Positions 1 to 11,277 of a stretch of 64,000 bases of DNA are shown here, in pieces. Positions within the stretch are counted from its first letter, which is position 1. Every line of letters begins with the position of its first letter. The notes under the pieces were generated by a model, which searched no databases, had not been told where the DNA came from, and saw only the letters and a program-made list of their open reading frames with translations. The translations under genes were made by a program, and so were the position numbers. Source of the DNA: Eledone cirrhosa (taxonomy: Eukaryota); NCBI GenBank assembly GCA_964016885.1, contig OZ024741.1, positions 56,482,001 through 56,546,000 on the forward strand, given 5' to 3'.

Positions 1-600
1 TTTAGGCTATAGACTACGTTTCTAGTTTTACAGTTTATCCGGGGGTTTACCTTACATATGATACATTTCCTATTAGTACAGTGGGTTTTCTTAAAAGGGT
101 AGGTTTTGCTGATCAGGGATTTTATGGTGGTTCCTGGCTTTTCTACCACCTTAATCTTTAAGTGGGTCTTTCTCAGGGCCTTTCTACACTGGTTAGCTAA
201 TTTCCCTCCAGGGGTAGCGTCCACAAACATGACACTCTGGTATCGCTGGTTGTCGTACCATGAGGTGGCTTTCCCTATCTTATGTCTAGCCCTATCTAAG
301 CTATTCCATGATTTGCTCCTGTATAATGGGCAAATTCCTTTCATGTCCAGTTCTATGAGGGTCTTATACTTTTCCGTGGCTCCTTCGTATACTCTGATTC
401 TGTCTTTTTGGTTGTAGCCAGAGAACTGCATGCGGTTGATGAAGTGTTGGATGTGTCTTTCCATTTCTGTTGGGTCGCACATGCGGGACACGTTCTTCAT
501 CACTCGTACCAAATCTGCGATTAGAATATTAAACTTACCACTACTGGACATTGCTGAGTTTTTGAGTATCAGGTATTTGGAGGCCATGGGTTTAGCAAAA
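1..600 (-). mobile_element. Penelope-like element (PLE) fragment: RT thumb, Cys-rich linker and start of GIY-YIG endonuclease; 5'-truncated, continues beyond window start
   Basis: Manual minus-strand translation gives [62 protein letters not shown]...KIKVVEKPG...KTHCTNRKCIICKVNPRINCKTRNVVYSL. This matches the PLE thumb (KP..YL...S; xGY), the CxxxCxxC linker and the NVVY start of GIY-YIG. Confidence 0.8.
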
Positions 601-872
<272 letters not shown>

Positions 873-986
873 AATTAATATCTAGTAACATATATATACA
901 TACAGATGCATATCAATGCTAGCAAATATATAGGTTTTGTCTTAGTAACTTTGTGGTTCAATGCATGGGGATGCAGAACAATAATA

Positions 987-1372
<386 letters not shown>

Positions 1373-1399
1373 ATATATATGTATATGTATATATATATA

Positions 1400-1622
<223 letters not shown>

Positions 1623-1646
1623 GTATATTTATACACACACACACAT

Positions 1647-1678
<32 letters not shown>

Positions 1679-1827
1679 TTATATATATATAAGTAGAAGG
1701 GTTATTTAATTTGTTGGAAGTCCGACAAATATACATCTTTATAACTGATTTAGAGCACTCAACAGTATAGTGGAGTAAATATTCAATGATATTAAATAAA
1801 TGGAAACTATATTTATAAAACCATATT

Positions 1828-1890
1828 TATTTTATTATATATATTTCAAGGGTACCAAGACACATTGGTACGATTTCCTCAGATAAAATA
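1828..1890 (-). ncRNA. Type I hammerhead ribozyme motif
   Basis: Minus strand: tattttat CTGAGGA aatcgtaccaa tgtgtc ttggtaccctt GAAA tatata TA ataaaata. Confidence 0.75.
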
Positions 1891-2093
1891 CAAAGTTTGT
1901 TTTATAAATAGAGACATGCCCATGAAAATCATACCTTATCGGTTGGATATTCTCTGGATAGTGGAAATATATTAGGGATTTTTCAAACTTATGGGTGAAT
2001 ATGCAAATGATTATGTAAATAATTGAAAAACAACCGTTTATTTAAACGACTATGGAGAGAGAGAGAAGAGATAAGAGGAGAAGGATAACGTAG

Positions 2094-2159
<66 letters not shown>

Positions 2160-2670
2160 AAGAAACAGGAGAAGATGAATAAAAACTCATATAACGTTAA
2201 TTTGAGGGAAATATATTCTAAGTATATATCTTAATAGTAAGTGTATTTACGATTATTAGTTGCTTAAAATTTGTTTATAATATAATATTTTTCTTCTGTT
2301 ATAAGTAGATAAATAAATAAATACATAAATAAATAAATAGATGGGTATATCATGTTATAGATAATTGTTCTAATGAGTTATGAGGGATATTGGTTTTGTA
2401 TTTAATGTAAATAAATATTAAGTTAAATTAAATTAAATTAACTCAGTTAAGAAGAATATTTATATTTATATGATTTAAAATGGGAAGATACGGAAAAAAC
2501 TGAGTTTTTATTCATCTTCTCTTGTTTCTTTCTTCTCTCTCTCGCACTATTTAATCCTTCTCCTCTTATCTTTTCTCTCTCTCTTCATAGTCGTTTAAAT
2601 AAACGGTTGTTTTTCAATTATTTAAGGTATGATTTTCATGGGTATGTCTCTATTTATAAAACAAACTTTG

Positions 2671-2733
2671 TATTTTATCTGAGGAAAGCGTACCAATGTG
2701 TCTTGGTACCCTTGAAATATATATAATAAAATA
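2671..2733 (+). ncRNA. Type I hammerhead ribozyme motif
   Basis: tattttat CTGAGGA aagcgtaccaa tgtgtc ttggtaccctt GAAA tatata TA ataaaata: 8-bp stem I, paired stem II, palindromic minimal stem III, AUA cleavage triplet. Confidence 0.8.
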
Positions 2734-3058
2734 AATAAGGTTTTATAAATATAGTTTCCATTTATTTAATATCATTGTATATATATATATATGTGTGTGT
2801 ATATATACATATGTGTGTGTACTGAGAAGTTCGCTAGCAGCCAAAGTGTATGATAAATTATATCTGTATGAATATAGAAAATCTATTAAAGGTGCTTATC
2901 ATTTTTTTAAAATTTACAGGGAAATTCGTATTTTCTGTCATGTATATAAACCAACATATTAGATACGTGTATATATTTATACACGTTGGTGCAGTCACGA
3001 TCACACTCACATATACACATGTATTTATATACACACACACACACACATATATATATGT

Positions 3059-3510
3059 GGGCCGAACCAGGTTGAGGGTAGCCGGACGGGTGTGAAACCC
3101 CCCGGTGAGTTAGATAGGAGATGCCTGCCCTGCATGCGAAGACTGGACCCGGCGGAGTGAGTGGAGGAGGACAACATGGTCCCAACAGTCACGAAGGCGG
3201 CAACAGCAAGCGGTGTGGAGCGCTAGGGCACGGCAAGGCACTACAGACGCCGTGGCCATCCACTGCAGCCAAGGAAGTCCCTGGTCGTGACGGCCCTCCG
3301 TACCACCGGATTCTGGCTTCTGCGGCCGAGTGAGTGGGACCGTCACTGTGCACTGGCCCTCCCACTATAAACCTTTTCCGCACAGGTTTCTTCTTTAGCG
3401 TGCACTCCCAAAGCCCTGCGGCGTTGATAGGCCTCCCCAGCCACCTTCGTGCCCACGGCAGACTGGAACTAAAATAAAGGAGATGTCATCATCGTTTACG
3501 ATGGACAACC
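3059..3510 (+). mobile_element. GC-rich island resembling the 5' leader of an RTE-clade retrotransposon
   Basis: Sharp GC-rich block between microsatellites, with no convincing ORF. The family call rests on general resemblance to RTE 5' UTRs only. Confidence 0.35.
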
Positions 3511-3511
3511 A

Positions 3512-3548
<37 letters not shown>

Positions 3549-3791
3549 TGTATATATTATATTATATATACTGGTACATGTGTATATGGTAATGTGTATA
3601 TGTGTATTTTGTGTTTGTATGTGTATGCGGTTTTGCACGTATGTAAGGTGTGTATATGTGTACTTTGTGTTTTGGTTGACATACGTTAAGTGAGCATATG
3701 TGTATTTACCTGTAGGAATGTATGTGCGTGCGTTCTATACGTATTTATGTGTGTATATTTATATACGTTTATATAATCATATGTATACACG

Positions 3792-3915
<124 letters not shown>

Positions 3916-4060
3916 GTAGGAAAAAATATGGAGGATATGAAAAAGGAAAAAGGAAACAGTGCTCAATCTGGTATGGAACCTTATATAATATATTATTTAT
4001 TTATGTTCATACACGGGACAAAAGCGCTACCTAAATGTGTTTTTAATGCCGTTGGTGTTG

Positions 4061-4131
<71 letters not shown>

Positions 4132-4135
4132 GATG

Positions 4136-4170
<35 letters not shown>

Positions 4171-4209
4171 GCATGTACATATGCATATATATATATATAT
4201 ATATGCATG

Positions 4210-4261
<52 letters not shown>

Positions 4262-4509
4262 GAAAATAGAGAAATTAATGTAACCAAAATGCCAACAATA
4301 ATTCAGACATATAAGTGACTATACCATGAAGATGAAAAAAATTGTAATGTAAGATGAGGGAAGGGTAATACAATCTTAATTTAAAACAAGTCAAGAAGAA
4401 AAACTTTATCCTCAGACTGTGTGTAAGTTGGGGAAAAAGCAGTACAATCTTAATTCAAAATATAATCAAGAAGAAATACTTAACCGTCAATTTGGGTAAA
4501 ACTACAAAT

Positions 4510-4589
4510 GCACTATATAGTCCTAAAAGACTATTTCACGAAACTTTTTAGTGGAGTTAGTCACGGTTGGAGTCGATCTTCAGTAGTGC
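4510..4589 (-). ncRNA. Type I hammerhead ribozyme motif
   Basis: Minus strand: gcacta CTGAAGA [39 nt, weakly paired] GAAA tagtc ttttag gacta TA tagtgc. Stem I is 6 bp and stem III is a genuine hairpin. Confidence 0.65.
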
Positions 4590-4723
4590 TCAACACATTA
4601 ACCAAATCACCACTGCTAAAATGCCGGAGGGGAATTGTGTATATATACATGTATGTATATATGTATATACATATATATATATATTTGTATATAAATATAT
4701 ATATATGTGTGTATATATGTATA

Positions 4724-4847
<124 letters not shown>

Positions 4848-4861
4848 TATACTCCAACTGT

Positions 4862-4904
<43 letters not shown>

Positions 4905-4906
4905 TA

Positions 4907-5272
4907 TGAATATTGCAATAAAACTAACGGCATTAAAAACACATTTATGGAACCAAAAGATTTTATCATCACTCATGACATTTATATACCAATAATTCAG
5001 GAAACGTTCTGGTTACCAGAAAATGGAATATCACTATTCCAAATTATACAGAAATCACACTAGACAGTCAAGCAACATACATAAAATATTCTGCATTCAA
5101 TATAAAGATATCACAAATGCATTCGTAAACCAATAGGAAATAATACTACACGGGAAATGTGGGCTTTTAGAATATAAACTAGAAAGACGTAGAACACACA
5201 CGCACACACACACGCATATATATATATATATATATATGTGTGTATATATGTATATATATATATGTACATATG

Positions 5273-5305
<33 letters not shown>

Positions 5306-5330
5306 GTATGTATATATATGTATATATATG

Positions 5331-5363
<33 letters not shown>

Positions 5364-5388
5364 GTATATATATATATGTATATATATG

Positions 5389-5421
<33 letters not shown>

Positions 5422-5430
5422 GTATATGTG

Positions 5431-5500
<70 letters not shown>

Positions 5501-5550
5501 CATATATATACATATATATATCTATCTCTATATATACATATATATATGTA

Positions 5551-5597
<47 letters not shown>

Positions 5598-6150
5598 ATA
5601 TATATATGTATATATATGTATGTTTATATGTATATATATATATATATGTATGTATATGTGTGTATATATATACATATATATATATGTATATACATACATA
5701 TATATATATATGTATGTATATAAATATATATATGTGTGTATATATGTATATATGTGTGTGTATATATATATATATGTATATACACACACACATATACTCC
5801 AACTGTCATCATCACCCCAACTTCAGGACTTTAACAATATCACAAATACTACCATTTGGGAGACTTTAAAACACTCAACATTCTTGGTTTTCAAATGATG
5901 CAGATAACAAAAGAGGAAACATAATATCATCACAACTAAATTCCTTTTACATCCTAAACAATATATCCCCCGCCACACACACCAAGACAAACACACTCAC
6001 ACATACATTTCACCAAGACACATTTCACCAGGACAATTACATCAAGACAATTACACCTCTTTCCTAGACGTTGCTCCACTCACCAAGCCATTAGAGCTAT
6101 TTGACAAACCATTCTCCAATTTTCTTCTGACCACGTATCAATATCATCGA
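4907..6150 (+). pseudogene. Decayed APE-type endonuclease domain of a non-LTR retrotransposon, split by microsatellite expansion
   Basis: Motif remnants occur in the correct order across frameshifts: ILQ.N.NGIKN (~4910), IIQETFW (~4992), LGDF...HSWFS...DNKRGNII (~5855-5930), TSFLDVA and SSDH (~6055-6135). Confidence 0.5.
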
Positions 6151-6244
6151 ATATCATTTACAAATTTCAAAGCAATTTTACAAGCCACAGATAAAGGATT
6201 AAACAAAATCACGGTTTTCTGAATTCAACATCACGATCTCCAGC

Positions 6245-6570
6245 ATATAAGACACTGCGTCGGTTATAACGAGGAATGTTCCATTGATCTGATCAACGGA
6301 AAAGCCTGCTCGTGAAATTAACGTGCAAGTAGCTGAGCATTCCATAAACACGCGTACTCTTAACGTAGTTCTCAGGAAGATTCGGCGTGACTCAGAATGT
6401 GACAAGGCTAGCCCTTCGAATTACAAGTACAACTCAATTTTGCCAGCTGAGTGGACTGGAGCAACGTGAAAGAAAGTGCCTTGTTCCAGGACACAACGCG
6501 CCATCGGGAATCGAACTCACGACCTTACGATCGTAAGCCGAATTCCCTAACCACAAAGCCACGCGCCTTG
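6245..6570 (-). mobile_element. tRNA-derived SINE (family 1)
   Basis: Minus-strand head aggcgcgtggctttgtggttagg (A box)...gtgagttcgattccc (B box), then body gttgtgtcc...gcacttt...ttgctccagtccactcagctggc. Homologous to 30170-30490 and 37780-37970. Confidence 0.85.
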
Positions 6571-6758
6571 ACATAGATCTCCACCATAGACACTGCAGTA
6601 TATACATTCATCATAATAATTATACATACAATTAAAATAAAACCTTAGCCCACAAGGCAATAAACCAATTACAACACAAAGAGCCAGACTCATAAAAGCA
6701 TAGGGCAACCTTAAATACAATAAAACAAAACCAAAACAAAACTCAGCATCAAATAACT

Positions 6759-6866
6759 AAATAAATAATTAAACTCTAAAAACCTGGCAAACATCTGTAG
6801 CCAACAAACACCACAAAAACAAAAAAACAAAACAAAAAAACAAAACAAACACAAACAGTAAACTCA

Positions 6867-6935
<69 letters not shown>

Positions 6936-7036
6936 ATTAAACTCTAAAAATCTGGCAAACATCTGTAGCCAACAAACACCACAAAAACAAAAAAACAAAA
7001 CAAAAAAAACAAAACAAACACAAACAGTAAAACTCA

Positions 7037-7074
<38 letters not shown>

Positions 7075-7085
7075 TAATAATAATA
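6759..7085. repeat. Tandem duplication of a ~115-bp segment, each copy followed by (TAA)n
   Basis: aaataaataattaaactctaaaaa(c/t)ctggcaaacatctgtagcc...aaactcaatatat occurs at ~6759-6872 and ~6927-7042. Confidence 0.8.
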
Positions 7086-7512
7086 ATAGGATACAGACGG
7101 ACAAAAAACTGGAACACAATAGACCTGACCTGGTGGTTGTGGACAAAGAAAAAAGATCGTGCCTGATTGTGGATGTGGCCTGCCCGTTCGACACGAGAGT
7201 GCAAGAGAAGGAGAGGGACAAAATTAACCGATATCAGGACCTAAAGTGGGAGGTGAAAAGGATTTGGAACTGCCATGAAGTCAAAGTGATCCCGATTGTC
7301 ATAGGCGCACTGGGGACTATCTCCAAAGGTTTCCAGGGATGGTTAAAGAAAATCGGCCCCTTCACGCTTTTTGGAACGCTTCAAAAGGCATGCTTGCTTG
7401 GAACGGCAAGAACCCTCCGATACGTCCTGAATATCTGAGGCTGCAGGTAGTGGCTTGATATTCAATCCAACGGACTTTCCAGTTAACCAACATCAATGAC
7501 TGAGATTCAAGG
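7086..7512 (+). mobile_element. R4/Dong-type retrotransposon family A, 3' fragment (REL endonuclease and 3' UTR) in (TAA)n
   Basis: HNRPDLVVVDKEKRSCLIVDVACPFD...KINRYQDLKWE...IVIGALG...RYVLNI*. Near-identical to 10845-11260 and flanked by TAA repeats. Confidence 0.9.
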
Positions 7513-7524
7513 AATAACAATAAC

Positions 7525-7573
<49 letters not shown>

Positions 7574-7577
<4 letters not shown>

Positions 7578-8192
7578 ATTGGATAATGTGTAAGCAATAC
7601 ATTGGATAATGTGTAAACATTTTGACCTGCCCCATCAAAAGAATTGGTGGGAGCATCAACCACCTCCCATACTTGAAAAAGATCACATCTCAATCTTGTG
7701 GAACTTTAGCATCCAAACAGACCGAAAAATAGATGCATATAGACCTGATATAATATTGAAGGACTTTAAAAAGAGGGTATGCCTGCTAATTGATATGTCC
7801 GTTCCAATAGACAAGAATGTATCTATAAAAACATTTGAAAAATTGAGCAAGTATAAGGACCTGGAGATAGAAATTGGAAAATGTGGAAATTGAGAACTAA
7901 AACAATACCAGTGGTTGTAGGCGCTCTGGGAATGATACCTAAGGGGTCTAATGATTACTTATCGCAAATCCCAGCAAACCCGCGTATAGGAGAAATACAA
8001 AAGATAGTACTAATGGGATCTGCCCATATACTAAGGAAGATTCTGTCAATATAAGTACATCGCAAGTCTAAACACTAAAGATGCATGAGTATGTATGTTC
8101 TTTCTTGAACATGGCGGACCTTGTTGTCTCTTGAGGTCACTGGTTGTGACTTGGTGATAACTCGTATGAACATAAAGCAAGATAAATGCAAC
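7574..8192 (+). mobile_element. R4/Dong-type family B, 3' fragment (REL and 3' UTR)
   Basis: ORF 7609-7893 contains W.F.IQTD...RPDII...LIDMSVP...KLSKY, then a frameshift. Near-identical to 20230-20836. Confidence 0.9.
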
Positions 8193-8209
8193 AAAATAAT
8201 AATAATAAT

Positions 8210-8322
8210 TGTTTCTACTTTTAGCACAAGGCCAGCAATTATCCAGTGTATTACTGGTACTTTATTTTATCGACCCCGTAAGGATGAAAGGCAAAGTTAA
8301 CCTCGGCGGGATTTGAACTCAG
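8210..8322 (-). mobile_element. tRNA-derived SINE (family 2), 3' part
   Basis: Minus strand: gagttcaaatcccgccgaggttaactttgcctttcatccttacggggtcgataaaataaagtaccag...gtagaaac followed by (ATT)n. Confidence 0.8.
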
Positions 8323-8844
8323 AATAATAATAATGAATGCTGACGGGCTAGGACAAGATTTGGTTGATATCCTAAACTTAGTGGTAGATGAATTGAACAA
8401 TGATAGTAGGAAACCTATGAACCTAAGATTTGTAGACAGGAAAAAGTTAAAAGAAACAACAGCTAAGGTAAACAAAGTCATCCCATACCTTGAGGCGAGG
8501 AGCCTTCACCAGTGCAACAATATCCTCAAAGCAACAGCAAATGCGGTGAGGAAATTACGTGGCATAAAAGCGAGAGGAAACAACAAACAAGAAAGATCAG
8601 AGCCTTGGTGGAAGAAACGACTGAATGGTCAAATCAGGGAAATGAGAAATGACATTGGAAAGCTTGAGTCCCTACTGAATGGGACACTAAAAAACATAGA
8701 CACTAAAAATAGACTGGAAATAAAGTACAAAACTAGGAGGAAAAAGCTAAATATTATCATAGAGGAACTGAAGCAACGCATTGTAGCAAAGAGTGCAAAA
8801 ATTAGGCGATACGAGAGCAGAGTCAGTTTGACAACAACCAGAAG

Positions 8845-10758
8845 ATGCTGTTTGGACAGCTTGAAGGGAAAGAAAGAGGCAATGACTTGATCCCTGAGGC
8901 GAAACAAACTAAGACCTTCTGGAGAGGAATATGGGAGCAGGATGTTAAACATAATGACCAGGCAGTGTGGATTGAGACAGTACAAAAGGAGATTAGTGAA
9001 CAGGCACACCAACAAACTGATTTGAGTATCACAGTTGAAACTCTTAAGGGGCAGGCCAAAAAACTAACCAACTGGAGATCACCAGGCCCAGATGGTGTGC
9101 AAGGGTATTGGATTAAAAATATAACATCCCTCCACCCGAAACTGACAACCATGTTCAATGACTGCTTGATGTCAGGTGAGGTACCAGAGTGGTTGACAAA
9201 AGGTACCACAGTTTTGGTAATGAAAGACCGAATCAGGGGTAATGATGTTACCAACTATAGACCTATCACATGTCTGTCCGTAATGTGGAAACTGTTGCCA
9301 AGCATTATGTTTGAGGAAATCTACCATCACCTTCACACAAACAACTTGTTACCGGACGAACAGAAAGGATGCCGAAAGAAGTCCCGTGGTACAAAGGACC
9401 AGTTACTTATTGATAAGATGGTAATGAAGAATTGCAAGAGGAGACACACTGGTCTTGCCATGGGATGGATAGACTACAAAAAGGCATTTGACATGGTGCC
9501 TCATTCTTGGATCACCAAAAGCCTAGAGATCTTCAAGGTGGCAGATAACATCAGACAGTTGTTGGGCAAAAGTATGAAGTCCTGGAAAACAGAGTTAACA
9601 TCAGCTGGAGAATCCTTGGGAGGCGTGAAGATCAAGAGAGGTATCTTCCAGGGAGATAGTCTGTCCCCTCTGTTGTTTGTCCTTGCCCTGATGCCCCTGA
9701 CCATTATACTGCGAAAAGTGAGAGCAGGATACAAGTTGGTAAAGGGAGGGCTTACCATCAATCACCTCCTCTTCATGGACGATCTTAAGCTCTTCGGGAA
9801 GAGTGAGAAGGAGTTGGATGTGCTTGTTGACACTGTCCGTATTTTCAGCAATGATATATGTATGCAATTTGGAGTCCTTGTGATGAAGAGGGGTAAATTG
9901 AGCAGAAGCAACGGAATCCAGGTACCAACAGGTGAGATGATAAAGGAAATTGACACTGAAGAAGGATACAAGTATTTGGGTGTTCTGGAGGCTGATGACA
10001 CCAAGAACAAAAAAATTAAGGAATTGATAAGATCTGAATACATTCGGAGAGTAAGGAGCGTATTAAAGTCACACCTGAACAGTAGGAATGCCATAAGTGC
10101 AGTAAATTCCCGAGCTGTGTCTATTATTAGGTACAGTGCGGGAATTCTGAGATGGAATGTTGCTGAACAAAAAGAAATAGATAGGAAGACTAGGAAGCTA
10201 TTGACTATCTACAACATGTTCCACAAGAGGAGTGATGTCGATAGACTCTACTTACGGAGATCTGAAGGTGGAAGAGGTCTTATCAGCATAGAGGACTGTG
10301 TTCAGATGGAGAAAAACAACCTACACAAATACGTGACTGATAGTAAGGAGCCAATGCTCAGAATTGTACTGAAGGAGAGGACAATAGACCAGGGGATGTC
10401 CAAGGAGGAAATAACAACAAGGAGAAAGAGCAGCCTTCATGAAAAATCCCTTCATAGTACCTTCTTTGAGAAAACTGAATTCAGAGATCCACAGACGTGG
10501 AACTGGTTGAAAAGAGGAGACCTTAAAAAGGCTACAGAAGGAATGTTAATGGCTGCGCAAGAGCAGGCCCGCAAAACGAAGTGGTTGAAACACCATATTT
10601 ACAAGGAGGAAGCTAGCCCACTGTGCAGGATCTGTGGAGAGAGAGAGGAGACTGTGGCTCACATTGTATCCGAGTGTAAACACCTAGCCCAGACTCACTA
10701 TAAGGGCTGGAGACATGATGTGATGGGCAGGGTGATCCCTGGCACCTATGCAAAGTAA
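8845..10758 (+). CDS. Reverse transcriptase and CCHC zinc knuckle of an R4/Dong element (frameshifted at both ends)
   Basis: SPGPDG, NYRPITCL, EQKG, WIDYKKAFDMVPH, GIFQGDSLSPLLF, LFMDDLKL, YKYLG, CRIC...ETVAHIVSEC, RHD. Confidence 0.92.
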   Translation: MLFGQLEGKERGNDLIPEAKQTKTFWRGIWEQDVKHNDQAVWIETVQKEISEQAHQQTDLSITVETLKGQAKKLTNWRSPGPDGVQGYWIKNITSLHPKLTTMFNDCLMSGEVPEWLTKGTTVLVMKDRIRGNDVTNYRPITCLSVMWKLLPSIMFEEIYHHLHTNNLLPDEQKGCRKKSRGTKDQLLIDKMVMKNCKRRHTGLAMGWIDYKKAFDMVPHSWITKSLEIFKVADNIRQLLGKSMKSWKTELTSAGESLGGVKIKRGIFQGDSLSPLLFVLALMPLTIILRKVRAGYKLVKGGLTINHLLFMDDLKLFGKSEKELDVLVDTVRIFSNDICMQFGVLVMKRGKLSRSNGIQVPTGEMIKEIDTEEGYKYLGVLEADDTKNKKIKELIRSEYIRRVRSVLKSHLNSRNAISAVNSRAVSIIRYSAGILRWNVAEQKEIDRKTRKLLTIYNMFHKRSDVDRLYLRRSEGGRGLISIEDCVQMEKNNLHKYVTDSKEPMLRIVLKERTIDQGMSKEEITTRRKSSLHEKSLHSTFFEKTEFRDPQTWNWLKRGDLKKATEGMLMAAQEQARKTKWLKHHIYKEEASPLCRICGEREETVAHIVSECKHLAQTHYKGWRHDVMGRVIPGTYAK

Positions 10759-10882
10759 ACAATTTACCACATTCTGAGAAGTGGTATGAGCATAAGCCAG
10801 AGGCGGTGATAGAAAACGATCAGGTGAAGGTGCTGTGGGATTTTAGGATACAGACGGACAAGAAACTGGAACACCTGACCTG

Positions 10883-11188
10883 GTGGTTTTGGACAAAGAA
10901 AAAAGATCGTGCCTGATTGTGGATGTGGCCTGCCCGTTCGACACGAGAGTGCAAGAGAAGGAGAGGGAAAAAATTAACCGATACCAGGACTTAAAGTGGG
11001 AGGTAAAAAGGATTTGGAACTGCCATGAAGTCAAAGTGGTCCCGATTGTCATAGGCGCACTAGGTACTATCTCAAAAGGTTTCCAGAGATGGTTAAAGAA
11101 AATTGGCCCCGCCACGCTTTTTGGAACGCTTCAAAAGGCATGCTTGCTGAGAACAGCAAGAACCCTCCGATACGTCCTGAATATCTGA
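10883..11188 (+). CDS. Restriction-like (PD-(D/E)xK) endonuclease C-terminus of an R4/Dong element
   Basis: PDLVV...IVDVACP...KINRY...IVIGALG. A small deletion removes the residues before PD relative to the 7086 copy. Confidence 0.85.
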   Translation: MVLDKEKRSCLIVDVACPFDTRVQEKEREKINRYQDLKWEVKRIWNCHEVKVVPIVIGALGTISKGFQRWLKKIGPATLFGTLQKACLLRTARTLRYVLNI

Positions 11189-11277
11189 GGCTGCAGGTAG
11201 TGGCTTGATATTCATTTCAACAAACTTTCCAGTTAAATAACATCAATGACTGAGACTCAAATAATAATAATAATAAT

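Larger units (their letters stand above)
1692..2777. mobile_element. Non-coding fold-back element with a hammerhead motif in each arm, flanked by (TA)n
   Basis: 1784-1937 and ~2017-2190 are inverted copies of 2622-2777 and ~2500-2622. No ORF is present. Confidence 0.75.
8330..11260 (+). mobile_element. R4/Dong-type non-LTR retrotransposon family A, long 5'-truncated copy with frameshifts
   Basis: Collinear ORFs 8333-8890, 8845-10758 and 10883-11188, then a 3' UTR and (TAA)n. TAA repeats also lie at the 5' junction. Confidence 0.93.

Noticed and set aside
1-600. Naiad-type selenoprotein PLE or SECIS element
   Set aside because: The GIY-YIG here is C-terminal, and no in-frame UGA at a Cys position or SECIS could be supported.
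6500-6570. Bona fide tRNA genes at SINE heads
   Set aside because: The A/B boxes continue into repeated SINE bodies and no complete cloverleaf is present.
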